Source of the DNA: a virus
Length of the DNA: 64,000 nucleotides
Virus record (IMG/VR): IMGVR_UViG_3300025141_000046
Coordinates: 1-64,000 of that record
Direction: 5' to 3' (one strand)
The position numbers and the translations under genes are program-made. Numbering within the stretch: the stretch's first letter is position 1; every line of letters begins with the position of its first letter. Below are positions 29,060 through 38,470 of this stretch, one piece after another. The notes below the pieces were generated by a model, which saw only the letters and a list, made by a program, of their open reading frames with translations, ran no database searches and was not told the DNA's origin.

Positions 29060-31069
29060 TTACACCTCATTTTCTTCAGACAATAAAGTCTTTTTCTTTT
29101 TTATATGTATGTTTCTCTCAAGAGAGTTTAACGTTGATCTTAATCTATGTGACATTCTATTCTGCACTTCCATTTTTTCACTAACATATTTATTCATATA
29201 TTCAGACTCAGATTCATAAACAGCAGGGAGCTTGCTAGCATTTTTTATTTCTCTAGATATTTCTAAATTTGGATTTGCATCTGCTTTATTCTCAGATGAT
29301 ACCTTGTATTCATCACTGTCCTCTTCATCCTGTACAATTGCTGAATGATCAACAAACGGCTTCTTTCTCTGTCTCTTTCTGTTTGCGTAAGCTTTGTCAT
29401 CAGCTTTTTTGTACTCAGATAATTTTATCCCTAGCGACTTTGTAATATTATCAACTCTCTCTTGGGCTTTTATCGGAGATCTATCATCTGATACGCTTAG
29501 CCTTGTGAAATCGGGCTCAGTTAGAATCTTAAGGTTACCCTGATTCACATTGTCAGAGTCAGAAAGTTCTACTGGAGACTCACCCGGTTCTCCTCCAGGC
29601 ATAGGAATATCGGGCATAGCCGGAGGTTCAATCTCATCAGTATCTTCACCTTGTGGTGTGGGTAATGTTACCGACTCTATTCTTAGATCATCAAGCTTAT
29701 CAACTTCTCTCTGTATTTTAATTTCTTCAATTTGATCATCTGTCATATTGAATAATTTCTTTCTTACCCAGTCGCGACTCACTAGACCCTCAATATTATT
29801 TGCAGTAGTTGCTACATCAAACCTAGTCCTATAGAGTTCTAATTTTTGCTGCTGGGCTATTGTTGATGGATTAGATAACCTGAGTTGAAAATCTAAAAGA
29901 TCTTCTCCTTCGAAACCGTTACAATAAAGGTGTATTATTGCAATTTTATTTAGTTCTGCAACAACAGTTCTCTGAATTCTTGCAATAGTCCTGCTGAATC
30001 TTACATCCTCTTGCGACAGTGTTGCTTTTGCGCCCAGACCTTCATCATATCCGAGATACGCCTTTGGAATCTTTAGAGCGGCAAATAGTTTCTTTTGAAT
30101 ATACTCTACATCTTCAATAGCAGCAGTATTTTGTCCCCCAGCAAGAGAGTCTATCTTAGTTCCAGACTCGCTACCTCGTACTGGAAGGTAATAGTCTTCA
30201 TCAACAGAGAGAGGATTATATCGCAAATCAACACGTCCAGATGTTCTGTCGACGACTTGCGCTTTCTTTAAAGTTGCTTGAACTTGCTCCATGTAATTTG
30301 GAATATCTTCAGGCGGAACATTTCCAACATCAATATAAAAAACTCTTCTCTCAGGTGATCTAACAATTCTATACACGAGCATTGCATCTTCTACAAGTAT
30401 AAGTTGACGCCAGATCCGTCTTGCCGATTCTAAGACTGACGATCCGTATGGTAAGAAAGCATCGTTTCCAAGAACTCTCATGTGTGAAACTTGCCAATTT
30501 TCAAGAATCTGGTTTCCCTGCGTTACCCACCTAAACCTAACTGCCATGGGATCATCTGGATCAAAGCCCTCCTCTCTTTCTATTTCATTTACCGGTATTG
30601 GGAATGCGCTGATGATTCCATGCTCTGGTGATACATCATTGAATAAAAAGAAATCTCCGTACTTACACAAGTTTCTAGCCCAGGCTGTTAAATTAAACTC
30701 TACATTTAATGTGTCATAAAAGAGATCGTGCAAAAGTTTTTCTATGGTGTGATTTTCTGAATACACATGCAAAACTTGGCCATGTTCATCTGCTGCCACT
30801 GTTTCTTCGGAGTAGATATCAAGTGCACTAGATATTTCCGGTGTGTATTCCATTTCGCTGAAATCTGAATATCTTGCCATTCTATCATAAGTGCCATATG
30901 CACTCATTGCACTGCTGTACACGTGGCTCTGGTTTTTTCTAAAGAGCTCAAAAGCTGACGAAGTTTTAATAGAAGAGTCTAGGTTCCTGACCTTTCTTTT
31001 AATAACAGGCCCACTCCTAAACAGTGTTGTGAGCCTTCTAAATAGAGATGTTGCTGGTTCTTCTGCCAT
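29060..31069 (-). CDS. gp20: Portal protein (T4 gp20 family)
   Basis: PEISSALDIY, EDAMLVYRIVRSPERRVFYIDVGNVP, EDYYLPVRG, IEDVEYIQKKLFAALKIPK, EDVRFSRTI.RIQ. Confidence 0.97.
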   Translation of the reverse strand: MAEEPATSLFRRLTTLFRSGPVIKRKVRNLDSSIKTSSAFELFRKNQSHVYSSAMSAYGTYDRMARYSDFSEMEYTPEISSALDIYSEETVAADEHGQVLHVYSENHTIEKLLHDLFYDTLNVEFNLTAWARNLCKYGDFFLFNDVSPEHGIISAFPIPVNEIEREEGFDPDDPMAVRFRWVTQGNQILENWQVSHMRVLGNDAFLPYGSSVLESARRIWRQLILVEDAMLVYRIVRSPERRVFYIDVGNVPPEDIPNYMEQVQATLKKAQVVDRTSGRVDLRYNPLSVDEDYYLPVRGSESGTKIDSLAGGQNTAAIEDVEYIQKKLFAALKIPKAYLGYDEGLGAKATLSQEDVRFSRTIARIQRTVVAELNKIAIIHLYCNGFEGEDLLDFQLRLSNPSTIAQQQKLELYRTRFDVATTANNIEGLVSRDWVRKKLFNMTDDQIEEIKIQREVDKLDDLRIESVTLPTPQGEDTDEIEPPAMPDIPMPGGEPGESPVELSDSDNVNQGNLKILTEPDFTRLSVSDDRSPIKAQERVDNITKSLGIKLSEYKKADDKAYANRKRQRKKPFVDHSAIVQDEEDSDEYKVSSENKADANPNLEISREIKNASKLPAVYESESEYMNKYVSEKMEVQNRMSHRLRSTLNSLERNIHIKKKKTLLSEENEV

Positions 31070-31079
31070 ATTCTATATC

Positions 31080-32708
31080 CTATAGGATCCATTTCCAATC
31101 ATTAAGTATCTTTATTTTATTCTTTATATCCGTACTGTGAATACCTCTTTTAGCAGGCATGCGTGGATCTACACCTTTTCTATCAGTCCCAGGGTTATTA
31201 TGAGGTCTTTCGTCTAAAATTGCATCAGGAATATCATCATACGTAGTTCTTGTAACAGACATAGCTTTTATCATTGAATCATTTAGCGTTTTGCTATCCT
31301 TGCTATATCCCTCAGATGAATCACATATCCATGTACCAATTGCAAGACTCATAACTAGATCATCATTGTGACCCTTCATGCCCTGTGCTTTCTGCCCTAT
31401 CCATATAAATGTCTTAAGCTCTTCATATGTTCTGCTGCTGTAAATTTTTAACATTTTATTTCTTAACATTTCTTCAAGCTTTGTTAAAACTAGAGATCTA
31501 GTTCTACCGCTTGTTGTAAATCCTGCAAGATCAGGACTTGCATCTGGAACATAATCACCAATAAAAATAGCTTTTCTTTTCTTGTAGTATAGATTCGGAT
31601 ATTGAATTTCTTTCATTTTTAATATTGTTGCATATCCGTAAGAATTATTTTCTGGGCATACGACTGCATTATTATATTTTTCGCCATATTCTGCTAGAAG
31701 TTCACCAAGCCTATCTGGCGGAATTTTCCCCTTATACTCTGCGACAACTTCTGACTCTCCTGCGTCAATGACATGAAAAGTTGAATAATCTCTTGAATCT
31801 CCGCGAGAAACATCTGCTGAAATAATATAATCGTGTTCGCTTAGCGGGTACTTCCATGTCCACACTCCATGATCAGGGCCAGACCTTTCAATAGGCTTCC
31901 TTATTAGCTCTCTGATGTACTCTAAATCGTTCTTTGATAGAAAGGTTTCACCGGATGCTGCAAAGTCACAGAGATACTCCTGCGCAATCTGTCTATCAGA
32001 TAGATTTTTTGTTGTTTCGTCAAACCACGAGACATCTCTCTCTGGGTGTGCATCCCAGGGTAGCCTGATTGATTTAAATTCATTTAAACCTGCTTCAGCG
32101 TCTGTGTAAAGCTTGTGATACTGGCCGCCGACACCGTTGGGAGTTGATAGAATTATAACTCTTCCGCCTGTAGAAATAGTGGGATATAAACCCATCCATA
32201 GTGAATCAAAATTCTTTACAAACGCAGCCTCATCAACAATTAGCAAAGAAAGTGCTTCTGACCTACCAGCATCATCAGATGTTGGAATTGCCTTTATGGT
32301 AGAGCCATTGCCAAATTGTAAAAGTTGCTTATTGTTTGAAATTAGCTCAGGTAGAATTATCCAGCTAGGAAGTCCCCTGAGCATTGTCTTAACTTTTGTT
32401 ATGAAGTTTTGAGCTACAGTAAGCTTTGTTGCAATAACAAGTATATTTTTATCTCTTTGATAAAGTGCCATCCAGAGAGAATATGCTGCAACAAGTGTTG
32501 ATAGGCCAAGTTGCCTTGATTTTAAAACTATTGAAAATCGCTCATCGAGAAATGTTTCAATACAATCGTCCTGGAACACGAAGGTGTCAAATTTTATTAG
32601 ACCGCGGACAGGATGTTGTATCTTTACATAATTGTTAAAAAAATAAACCGGGTCCTTACCGCACTTAATAATTTCTTGAACTTGCTTACTTTTTGTCGGT
32701 ACAGCCAT
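31080..32708 (-). CDS. terL: Terminase large subunit (T4 gp17 family)
   Basis: DPVYF, LKSRQLGLST (Walker A), LLIVDEAAF (Walker B), LSTPNG, QEYLCDF, SADVSRGDSRDYS, NDDLVMSLAI. Confidence 0.97.
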   Translation of the reverse strand: MAVPTKSKQVQEIIKCGKDPVYFFNNYVKIQHPVRGLIKFDTFVFQDDCIETFLDERFSIVLKSRQLGLSTLVAAYSLWMALYQRDKNILVIATKLTVAQNFITKVKTMLRGLPSWIILPELISNNKQLLQFGNGSTIKAIPTSDDAGRSEALSLLIVDEAAFVKNFDSLWMGLYPTISTGGRVIILSTPNGVGGQYHKLYTDAEAGLNEFKSIRLPWDAHPERDVSWFDETTKNLSDRQIAQEYLCDFAASGETFLSKNDLEYIRELIRKPIERSGPDHGVWTWKYPLSEHDYIISADVSRGDSRDYSTFHVIDAGESEVVAEYKGKIPPDRLGELLAEYGEKYNNAVVCPENNSYGYATILKMKEIQYPNLYYKKRKAIFIGDYVPDASPDLAGFTTSGRTRSLVLTKLEEMLRNKMLKIYSSRTYEELKTFIWIGQKAQGMKGHNDDLVMSLAIGTWICDSSEGYSKDSKTLNDSMIKAMSVTRTTYDDIPDAILDERPHNNPGTDRKGVDPRMPAKRGIHSTDIKNKIKILNDWKWIL

Positions 32709-32709
32709 C

Positions 32710-33096
32710 TTAATCAACTTTGAAAGTTGTAAATCTCCTATAATACGCAGTTCTTTTTGGAGAAAAAGGAGATGCTGTGATCACCTCTATTGAATCATTT
32801 GTATCCAGCTCTTTGCACTTTAGAGCTCTACCAGCTTGTGACTTGAACTCCTTTTTTAACTCCTTAATATACTCCTTGATAATTGCAAAAGATTCATCTT
32901 CAAAAGACTTTGCTTGATCTCTTAGATTTCTATCACTCATAAGGTTGACAATTGTAGTATATGCACACGTTATAGTGTCTCCCTGCACAGAGACATTTAT
33001 ACCAGCTGTAGGTACTTTTTTATTAAGGCCGCCTGGATATCCCCAGGTGTGATTTGTAATTTGCCCCAAATAATTAATTTCTTCTGATGTAAGCAT
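32710..33096 (-). CDS. Hypothetical protein immediately upstream of terL
   Basis: 128 aa, GAGG RBS, own ATAATTA motif. Confidence 0.7.
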   Translation of the reverse strand: MLTSEEINYLGQITNHTWGYPGGLNKKVPTAGINVSVQGDTITCAYTTIVNLMSDRNLRDQAKSFEDESFAIIKEYIKELKKEFKSQAGRALKCKELDTNDSIEVITASPFSPKRTAYYRRFTTFKVD

Positions 33097-33110
33097 TTTT
33101 TTAAAAACCT

Positions 33111-33362
33111 CTAGATGTAATTATCTATCTCATTTAGAATTGAATACACACTTTTCTCATTCTGGATCTTAAATTTTTTAATTTCATCTTTTGACGGACG
33201 CCAGCCTGCTTCCCATTTTTTACGATTTGGCTGGAAAAAAGTAAGCTCGCAGCTTCTACACACGCCTACGAGCATTTTTGATCTATGATCTATAGAATTT
33301 AAACTCAAGACTCCGCAAGTATCACAAAATACTTTTGCTTTATTTTTATACAAATTTGACAT
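33111..33362 (-). CDS. Small zinc-finger protein
   Basis: CDTC...CRSC, WEAGWRP; ATG 33362 overlaps the end of the Mre11-Rad50 gene. Confidence 0.65.
   Translation of the reverse strand: MSNLYKNKAKVFCDTCGVLSLNSIDHRSKMLVGVCRSCELTFFQPNRKKWEAGWRPSKDEIKKFKIQNEKSVYSILNEIDNYI
33118..33124 (-). promoter_or_regulatory. Putative late promoter ATAATTA (packaging/head operon)
   Basis: ATAnTTA inside the 3' end of the Zn-finger gene, about 22 nt upstream of the next ATG. Confidence 0.5.
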
Positions 33363-36300
33363 ATGAATCTTTTCCTTTTTTAATAATTTCAACAGAGTTA
33401 TCAACACAATCTTTGACTGCATCTACATGTGATATTACTATAATATTTCTAAACCACTTTTTTAGTGATTCGAGCAGTCTTGTACACGCCTCTAGATTTG
33501 TTGCGTCTAGTGATCCAAAACCCTCATCAATGATCATCATATTTGTCTTTGTTAAAGATGATGTATTGATGAGAGAAACTCTTATTGCCAAAGACGCAAT
33601 CATTTTTTCCATTCCGGATGCTAACTCAATAACTCTCTTACTATCACCGTAATCTATGTAGACATCAAGTGCATTTGTACTCAAGTCTGTTTCAAGCGTC
33701 ACAGTAAAATCAACGACACCTTGAAGAACTGATTCAATTTCCCTGTTTATTACGGGCAATCTTGACATCATTATTTGGAGCGGTATACCTTTTTTTGAAA
33801 CTGCTTGGGAAAATAAATCATATATTCTCATCTGCCTTTTTAGCTGGTTGTGATTTTCTTTATCATCCTCTAGAGATTTAATTGTAAATTTTAACTTAGC
33901 TATTTTTTCAATTAGTTTAGTTTGTGATTTTTCAAAATTTTCAATTTTTTCGGCAACAGAGTTTATTTTTATCTTGATGTCTGCTACTCCTTCATCCCTG
34001 TGTGTCTCTAGAAATAGAGACATTTTCTCTTTTTCCCTTTCAAGGTCGCCTAGTTTCTCTTTGCTTCTAATGATAGATTCCTCAAGATTAGATTCTTTTT
34101 CAATATCAAGATTTATATTTCCTGAAAGATCTTTTGATTTGAGAAATAGAGCTTCATATTTTCTAATTTTTTCATCTGGATTAATATTGTTAATAATATC
34201 TAGACTTTCTTTGCAATCATTTAATGACTGAAGAGATGCTGCTATTGTCTCCTCTTGTGATTCTATCAGTGCTTTATCTTCATGAGATGACTTGATAAAC
34301 ATGCACGTGGGAAATTTGTCGCCACACGGAACTTGATTAAGTCTTTCTGCAGATTCGTTTAACCTTTTAATATTTGATAAAGATTTTTCATAGTTGCTTG
34401 AAAGTGTAATCAAGCTCTTTTCCATAGCGATCTTTGCGTCTCTTTGATCTTTAAGCTCAGAAATAGAAATCAAATTACAGACAGCATCAATTCTTTTTAA
34501 CTTTTCTTTCTTTTCTATAATCGAGGTAGAAATAGAGATTTTAGTTTCTTCACTAAGCTCAATTTTTTCAACCAGACTCTTTATTTCATTTTTCTTACTG
34601 GAAAGTTCAGAAATAGTATAACAGTTCCTAGATGAAAATCCAAGCTGGGAAATTTGATTTCTCAGATCTGCTAGATCTTCTCTTGAAGATTTAATATTTA
34701 CTTTTAGCTCTTTTAGACTAGACTCTAGCTCTTTTAGTGACACCTTTTCTTCTGATATTTTTAGAGTCCAGTCTTCCTTCTTAATAGATCTAGACAGTGC
34801 CTTGATAGATCCGTAATCCTGTTTGCAAGAATCACTCATTTTTTCAAAAACTTCAAGATCTAAAAATTTTGTTAAAATACTTTTTCTGCTAGTTGAACCT
34901 TCACTAATGAACCTATTCATGTCTCCCTGACACGCGAGTGATGTCATTAAAAAGTCATCAGACGTACCAATCAGTTTTCTTAAAACTTTTTCTGTCTCTC
35001 TTCTCTGCTCTTCTGTTAGATTTTCTTTAACCTCACCATCTTTTGAAAGTTTTTGAAGATCTAGAGATGTCGAAGCATAAACTTCATTCTTTCTAGTTGT
35101 ATGCTTGACTGTCCCCCTGCTTATTCTAAATCTTTCACCATTAAGCTTAATATCAACAGACGCCTTGGCGAAATTTTTTCTACTATTTACAATGTGAAGA
35201 TTTTTTACAGGACCCCTGTCTGTGGTATTAAAAAGACAGTACATAAGTGATCCAATAATTGAAGATTTTCCTTTTGTATTTTTTCCGAATATTCCAGTAA
35301 TTCCTGTATTTTTAGCAAAATCAATTCTATTATCTTTCCCATACGAAAATAGATTATCAAAATTAAAACTTTCGATTCCCCATCTTGCGTTTCTAATAGT
35401 CTCATCATCTGATGCTACTAGGGAAAAATATTTATCAACAAGATCCTTTATATCATCCCTCTCTTCTTGCTCTAGAGAAGATGCCTTGAAATAATCTCTA
35501 AAAAGTGAATAATGTGTCGATATATCACGTAAATTCGAGTCATTCTCGCTGGCAAGGCTAGCAATTTTCTTAGAGCCAGCTTGGTTTTCACTCTTGAAAA
35601 CAACCTCTTCTGCTGCCATATCAGACTTAAGACGTGCTGATATTTCTTGAGAATCAGCTTGGGTGAGCTGCTCTTTTGATCTAATTCTAAACCTAGCCCC
35701 ATCTTGGCATGTAGATGCTAATTGTAATGTATCAAGGACTGTCCCAGCCCAGTCAATTGTAACAAATTGAGAGTAGTGTGGTATTTTATAGAACTTACTC
35801 GTGAACTTGTCACTGCTTTCTATATCCCACAGTAAAAATCCCTTGCCTATATCCTCACCGTAATTTTGCTGAATAGCTGACCCGCAATATGCAATTGTCT
35901 TTTTGCTATCCAGATACTGTCTTCTGTGTATGTCTCCCAAAAGGGAGAACTGAAAGTTCTCAAATAGATCAACTGTTGTGTCGCCTTCGATCTCCCAATC
36001 AATGTCTGTCTTTGATCCCCAAACGGCACCGTGAAAGAGTGCGATATTTACATCTCCGTCAATTGGTCTGACTTTCTGCCAGCCTGCTTCATCAAAGCAA
36101 GAAAAAACACACCAGTTAAAGCCAGGAGTTCCCGTTGGGTACACGCCAGATTCTTTATAGAGATGAATATTCTTATTATCAAGTGCAGATATTATTGGAG
36201 TTATTGCATCCTGGCGATCTTTATTTAGCATTAATCCGTCATGATTGCCTAAAATAATATGAACTGGGCATATCTCTGCCATTGAAGTAAACCACCACAC

Positions 36301-36483
36301 TAGTCTATCAATTAACTCTGGGGATATACCCTGAGTCTTCGAATGAACTATGTCGCCACCAACATAAATTACGTCTGGTTTAAGATTTTTACACTGTTTA
36401 AAAAATTCACTAAAAGATCTTGTATACTCTTCATGTCTAGAAAGACCCCTCCAGTGAATATCAGCAATATGAATTATTCTCAT
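33346..36483 (-). CDS. Fused Mre11/SbcD (gp47-like) nuclease and Rad50/SbcC (gp46-like) ATPase
   Basis: HIADIH, GGDIVH, GNHD, FHG, LGDIH phosphoesterase motifs; GKNTKGKSS Walker A, coiled coil, ASGMEK signature, IIDEGFGSLD Walker B/D-loop, VISH. Confidence 0.93.
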   Translation of the reverse strand: MRIIHIADIHWRGLSRHEEYTRSFSEFFKQCKNLKPDVIYVGGDIVHSKTQGISPELIDRLVWWFTSMAEICPVHIILGNHDGLMLNKDRQDAITPIISALDNKNIHLYKESGVYPTGTPGFNWCVFSCFDEAGWQKVRPIDGDVNIALFHGAVWGSKTDIDWEIEGDTTVDLFENFQFSLLGDIHRRQYLDSKKTIAYCGSAIQQNYGEDIGKGFLLWDIESSDKFTSKFYKIPHYSQFVTIDWAGTVLDTLQLASTCQDGARFRIRSKEQLTQADSQEISARLKSDMAAEEVVFKSENQAGSKKIASLASENDSNLRDISTHYSLFRDYFKASSLEQEERDDIKDLVDKYFSLVASDDETIRNARWGIESFNFDNLFSYGKDNRIDFAKNTGITGIFGKNTKGKSSIIGSLMYCLFNTTDRGPVKNLHIVNSRKNFAKASVDIKLNGERFRISRGTVKHTTRKNEVYASTSLDLQKLSKDGEVKENLTEEQRRETEKVLRKLIGTSDDFLMTSLACQGDMNRFISEGSTSRKSILTKFLDLEVFEKMSDSCKQDYGSIKALSRSIKKEDWTLKISEEKVSLKELESSLKELKVNIKSSREDLADLRNQISQLGFSSRNCYTISELSSKKNEIKSLVEKIELSEETKISISTSIIEKKEKLKRIDAVCNLISISELKDQRDAKIAMEKSLITLSSNYEKSLSNIKRLNESAERLNQVPCGDKFPTCMFIKSSHEDKALIESQEETIAASLQSLNDCKESLDIINNINPDEKIRKYEALFLKSKDLSGNINLDIEKESNLEESIIRSKEKLGDLEREKEKMSLFLETHRDEGVADIKIKINSVAEKIENFEKSQTKLIEKIAKLKFTIKSLEDDKENHNQLKRQMRIYDLFSQAVSKKGIPLQIMMSRLPVINREIESVLQGVVDFTVTLETDLSTNALDVYIDYGDSKRVIELASGMEKMIASLAIRVSLINTSSLTKTNMMIIDEGFGSLDATNLEACTRLLESLKKWFRNIIVISHVDAVKDCVDNSVEIIKKGKDSYVKFV

Positions 36484-36543
36484 GATCCTCTTTGGACACT
36501 TGCAATTAAATTATTATACATACACACCAGATGTACAAATTTA

Positions 36544-36900
36544 TTAATAGTCATCCGTGTGCATCTTGTATTCAAGATAATCGTATACAGCACTTATTTT
36601 TTCTGCTGCTCGAGCTATTTTACTCTGCGACCACGGGGGTAAATCATCTTCATCATTAAGCATATCATACAAGCTTTGTGCTTTAGTAAAGATATAATAC
36701 AGGTGCTTTTTAGCGGCGCGGCCTTCACTATCAGATGATTTTACATGACCGTAGCTTAAGTTTCTGCCCGGGTTATCATCGCCAGGGACTTCTCTTTGTT
36801 GAACAATTCCGGGGGAGGCTCTATCTGAAAAAATCGCATCATCCTGTAAAACAGTCATTATTTCTTCATAAATTAATTTTCTAATTTCTGACATTTTCAT
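36544..36900 (-). CDS. Internal head protein candidate
   Basis: N-terminal MKMSEIRKLIYEE; C-terminal helical EGRAAK..L...LYDMLND.DDLP.W.QSKI..A..I..VYDYLEY, a motif I recognise from T4-like phage proteins. Confidence 0.6.
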   Translation of the reverse strand: MKMSEIRKLIYEEIMTVLQDDAIFSDRASPGIVQQREVPGDDNPGRNLSYGHVKSSDSEGRAAKKHLYYIFTKAQSLYDMLNDEDDLPPWSQSKIARAAEKISAVYDYLEYKMHTDDY

Positions 36901-36922
36901 GATTGCTCGCCGTCCTAGCTTA

Positions 36923-36929
36923 TAAATAT
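36923..36929 (-). promoter_or_regulatory. Putative late promoter ATATTTA
   Basis: ATAnTTA in the 31-nt gap upstream of the 118-aa gene. Confidence 0.5.
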
Positions 36930-36931
36930 TT

Positions 36932-37894
36932 CTAAAAAAGAGATCCTGACTTTAAAGATCTTATTTTAAACATTAGGCTTTCATCTCTTGACCAAGATTT
37001 TGACTCTTTTGACATGACAGCGAACTCTTTTTTTGACATTTCGCCTACATCTTTTTTTGTATTGTTTTCTAATATTCTCACACTGCAACCACGCATAGAT
37101 AGATTTTTGGCAATTTTATGAGATTCTAACTTCATATCTTGATCAAGAGCAAGCAAGATAGGAGTTCTATTTTCAATAATCTTTGAATAAAGTCTGCTAG
37201 CCGTAGAAAGTTTTGATCCTAGCAGACAAGTTGAATTTCCGCTCGCTTTCATTAAATCAAAAATGCCTTCAACAAGTGTAAGCTCAGAATTCCAGTCTAT
37301 ATTCATTTCATTAAAAATTATTTCTGTCTTTTTTGCTTTAGAATTTAGATATTTTGGAAAACCCTTTGCATCAATTGACCTTGATACAAAGTAATTCAAA
37401 GATCCAGACAGGTCAAATGAAGGAACTATGACTCTTCTTTTAAAGTATGAGCTTTTACATGTACCAATATTAAAGTACCACATGTCTCTTTGTGTAATAT
37501 TGCGTCTCTTGCAGTATGAGATAACATCTCTAATATCAGGATCAAAACCTTGAAAAGAAGCAAGATGTACAAAATTATCAGGCAGAATTACAAAATATTT
37601 GTCTTCTTCATTCTCAATATTTTTATTTTTTGTCCCAGACGGGAGGCCAAATAATCTCTCAAACTCTTTTGCGTGGGCTCTCGGCCTATGCTTTTTCAAA
37701 ATAAAATATAAATTTTTACTTTTTTCACCACAAATCCAGCAATGACACATCCATGAATCTGTATTGATTGAAAATTTTCCCTTCTTCTCTCCGCATGATG
37801 GACACCCAACTGCTACATTGACTCCGTCTCTAGCAATTTTTAAAGATCCGAAAGACCTTTTTAAAAATTCAATCTTTTCTGTGTGAGATCTCAT
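36932..37894 (-). CDS. DNA primase (Zn finger plus TOPRIM, gp61/DnaG-like)
   Basis: CPSC...CHCWIC, RVIVPSFD, YFVSR, KYLN, LVEGIFD, LLG, LALDQD, KDVGEM. Confidence 0.88.
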   Translation of the reverse strand: MRSHTEKIEFLKRSFGSLKIARDGVNVAVGCPSCGEKKGKFSINTDSWMCHCWICGEKSKNLYFILKKHRPRAHAKEFERLFGLPSGTKNKNIENEEDKYFVILPDNFVHLASFQGFDPDIRDVISYCKRRNITQRDMWYFNIGTCKSSYFKRRVIVPSFDLSGSLNYFVSRSIDAKGFPKYLNSKAKKTEIIFNEMNIDWNSELTLVEGIFDLMKASGNSTCLLGSKLSTASRLYSKIIENRTPILLALDQDMKLESHKIAKNLSMRGCSVRILENNTKKDVGEMSKKEFAVMSKESKSWSRDESLMFKIRSLKSGSLF

Positions 37895-37902
37895 CCGTTT
37901 TA

Positions 37903-37931
37903 ATTTTATAATTTTGATCTATATTTTACAA
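37903..37931 (-). promoter_or_regulatory. Sigma70-like promoter TTGTAA-N17-TAAAAT before primase (near-leaderless)
   Basis: 17-nt spacer; the -10 ends 8 nt before the ATG; no SD. Confidence 0.35.
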
Positions 37932-38470
37932 TCTATAATTCCTGCACGAGAAACAATATACGCATCAATCATATCATGTGATCTCGGATCAACAACAATC
38001 TCTCCTTTTCTAGGACCTGATTTTAATTTTTTTTCTGGCCACTTGTAATCTACATTTGTCATAGCCCAGACATAAAGTTGATCCTTAACTGGTAAGCCGC
38101 CGTCTTTTTTTCTTTTTATTTTAATACCAAGTGATTTTCTAGCAGTGTTTACATTAAAAAATATAGGCTCAATATTAAAAATCTCAAAGCACGAAAAAGA
38201 CACTATTCCATTAAACTTTGAAAGAGTTGAAATTGTCCGCGCTGATGAAAATCCTGATCTAAATGATTGAAGATTCTCTTCTACAAATATTTTTTCAATC
38301 TTGTACTTTTTAGATATTGCTGTCAAGACATTCTTTACAGACTCACCTTTTTTAAATATTGATTTTTCCTTGCTTGTATCAATATACCCAGTTTCAACTA
38401 TTTTCTCATTGATGTCGAGCACACACCACCCTGTGCAAGAAGTTGAAATATCAAGGCCAAGTGCAATCAC
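37919..38470 (-). CDS. RuvC-like Holliday junction resolvase
   Basis: ALGLDISTSCTGW, IFVEE, LSKFNGIV, TARKSLG, DMIDAYIV (RNase H-fold acidic residues). Confidence 0.85.
   Translation of the reverse strand: MIALGLDISTSCTGWCVLDINEKIVETGYIDTSKEKSIFKKGESVKNVLTAISKKYKIEKIFVEENLQSFRSGFSSARTISTLSKFNGIVSFSCFEIFNIEPIFFNVNTARKSLGIKIKRKKDGGLPVKDQLYVWAMTNVDYKWPEKKLKSGPRKGEIVVDPRSHDMIDAYIVSRAGIIDCKI

Noticed and set aside
31080-36483. Inteins or introns in terminase or Mre11-Rad50
   Set aside because: No intein splice or LAGLIDADG motifs seen; lengths are explained by the domains; frames are uninterrupted
36921-36928. Exact T4 late promoter TATAAATA
   Set aside because: It is on the plus strand, opposite to all genes, and is the reverse complement of the ATATTTA motif
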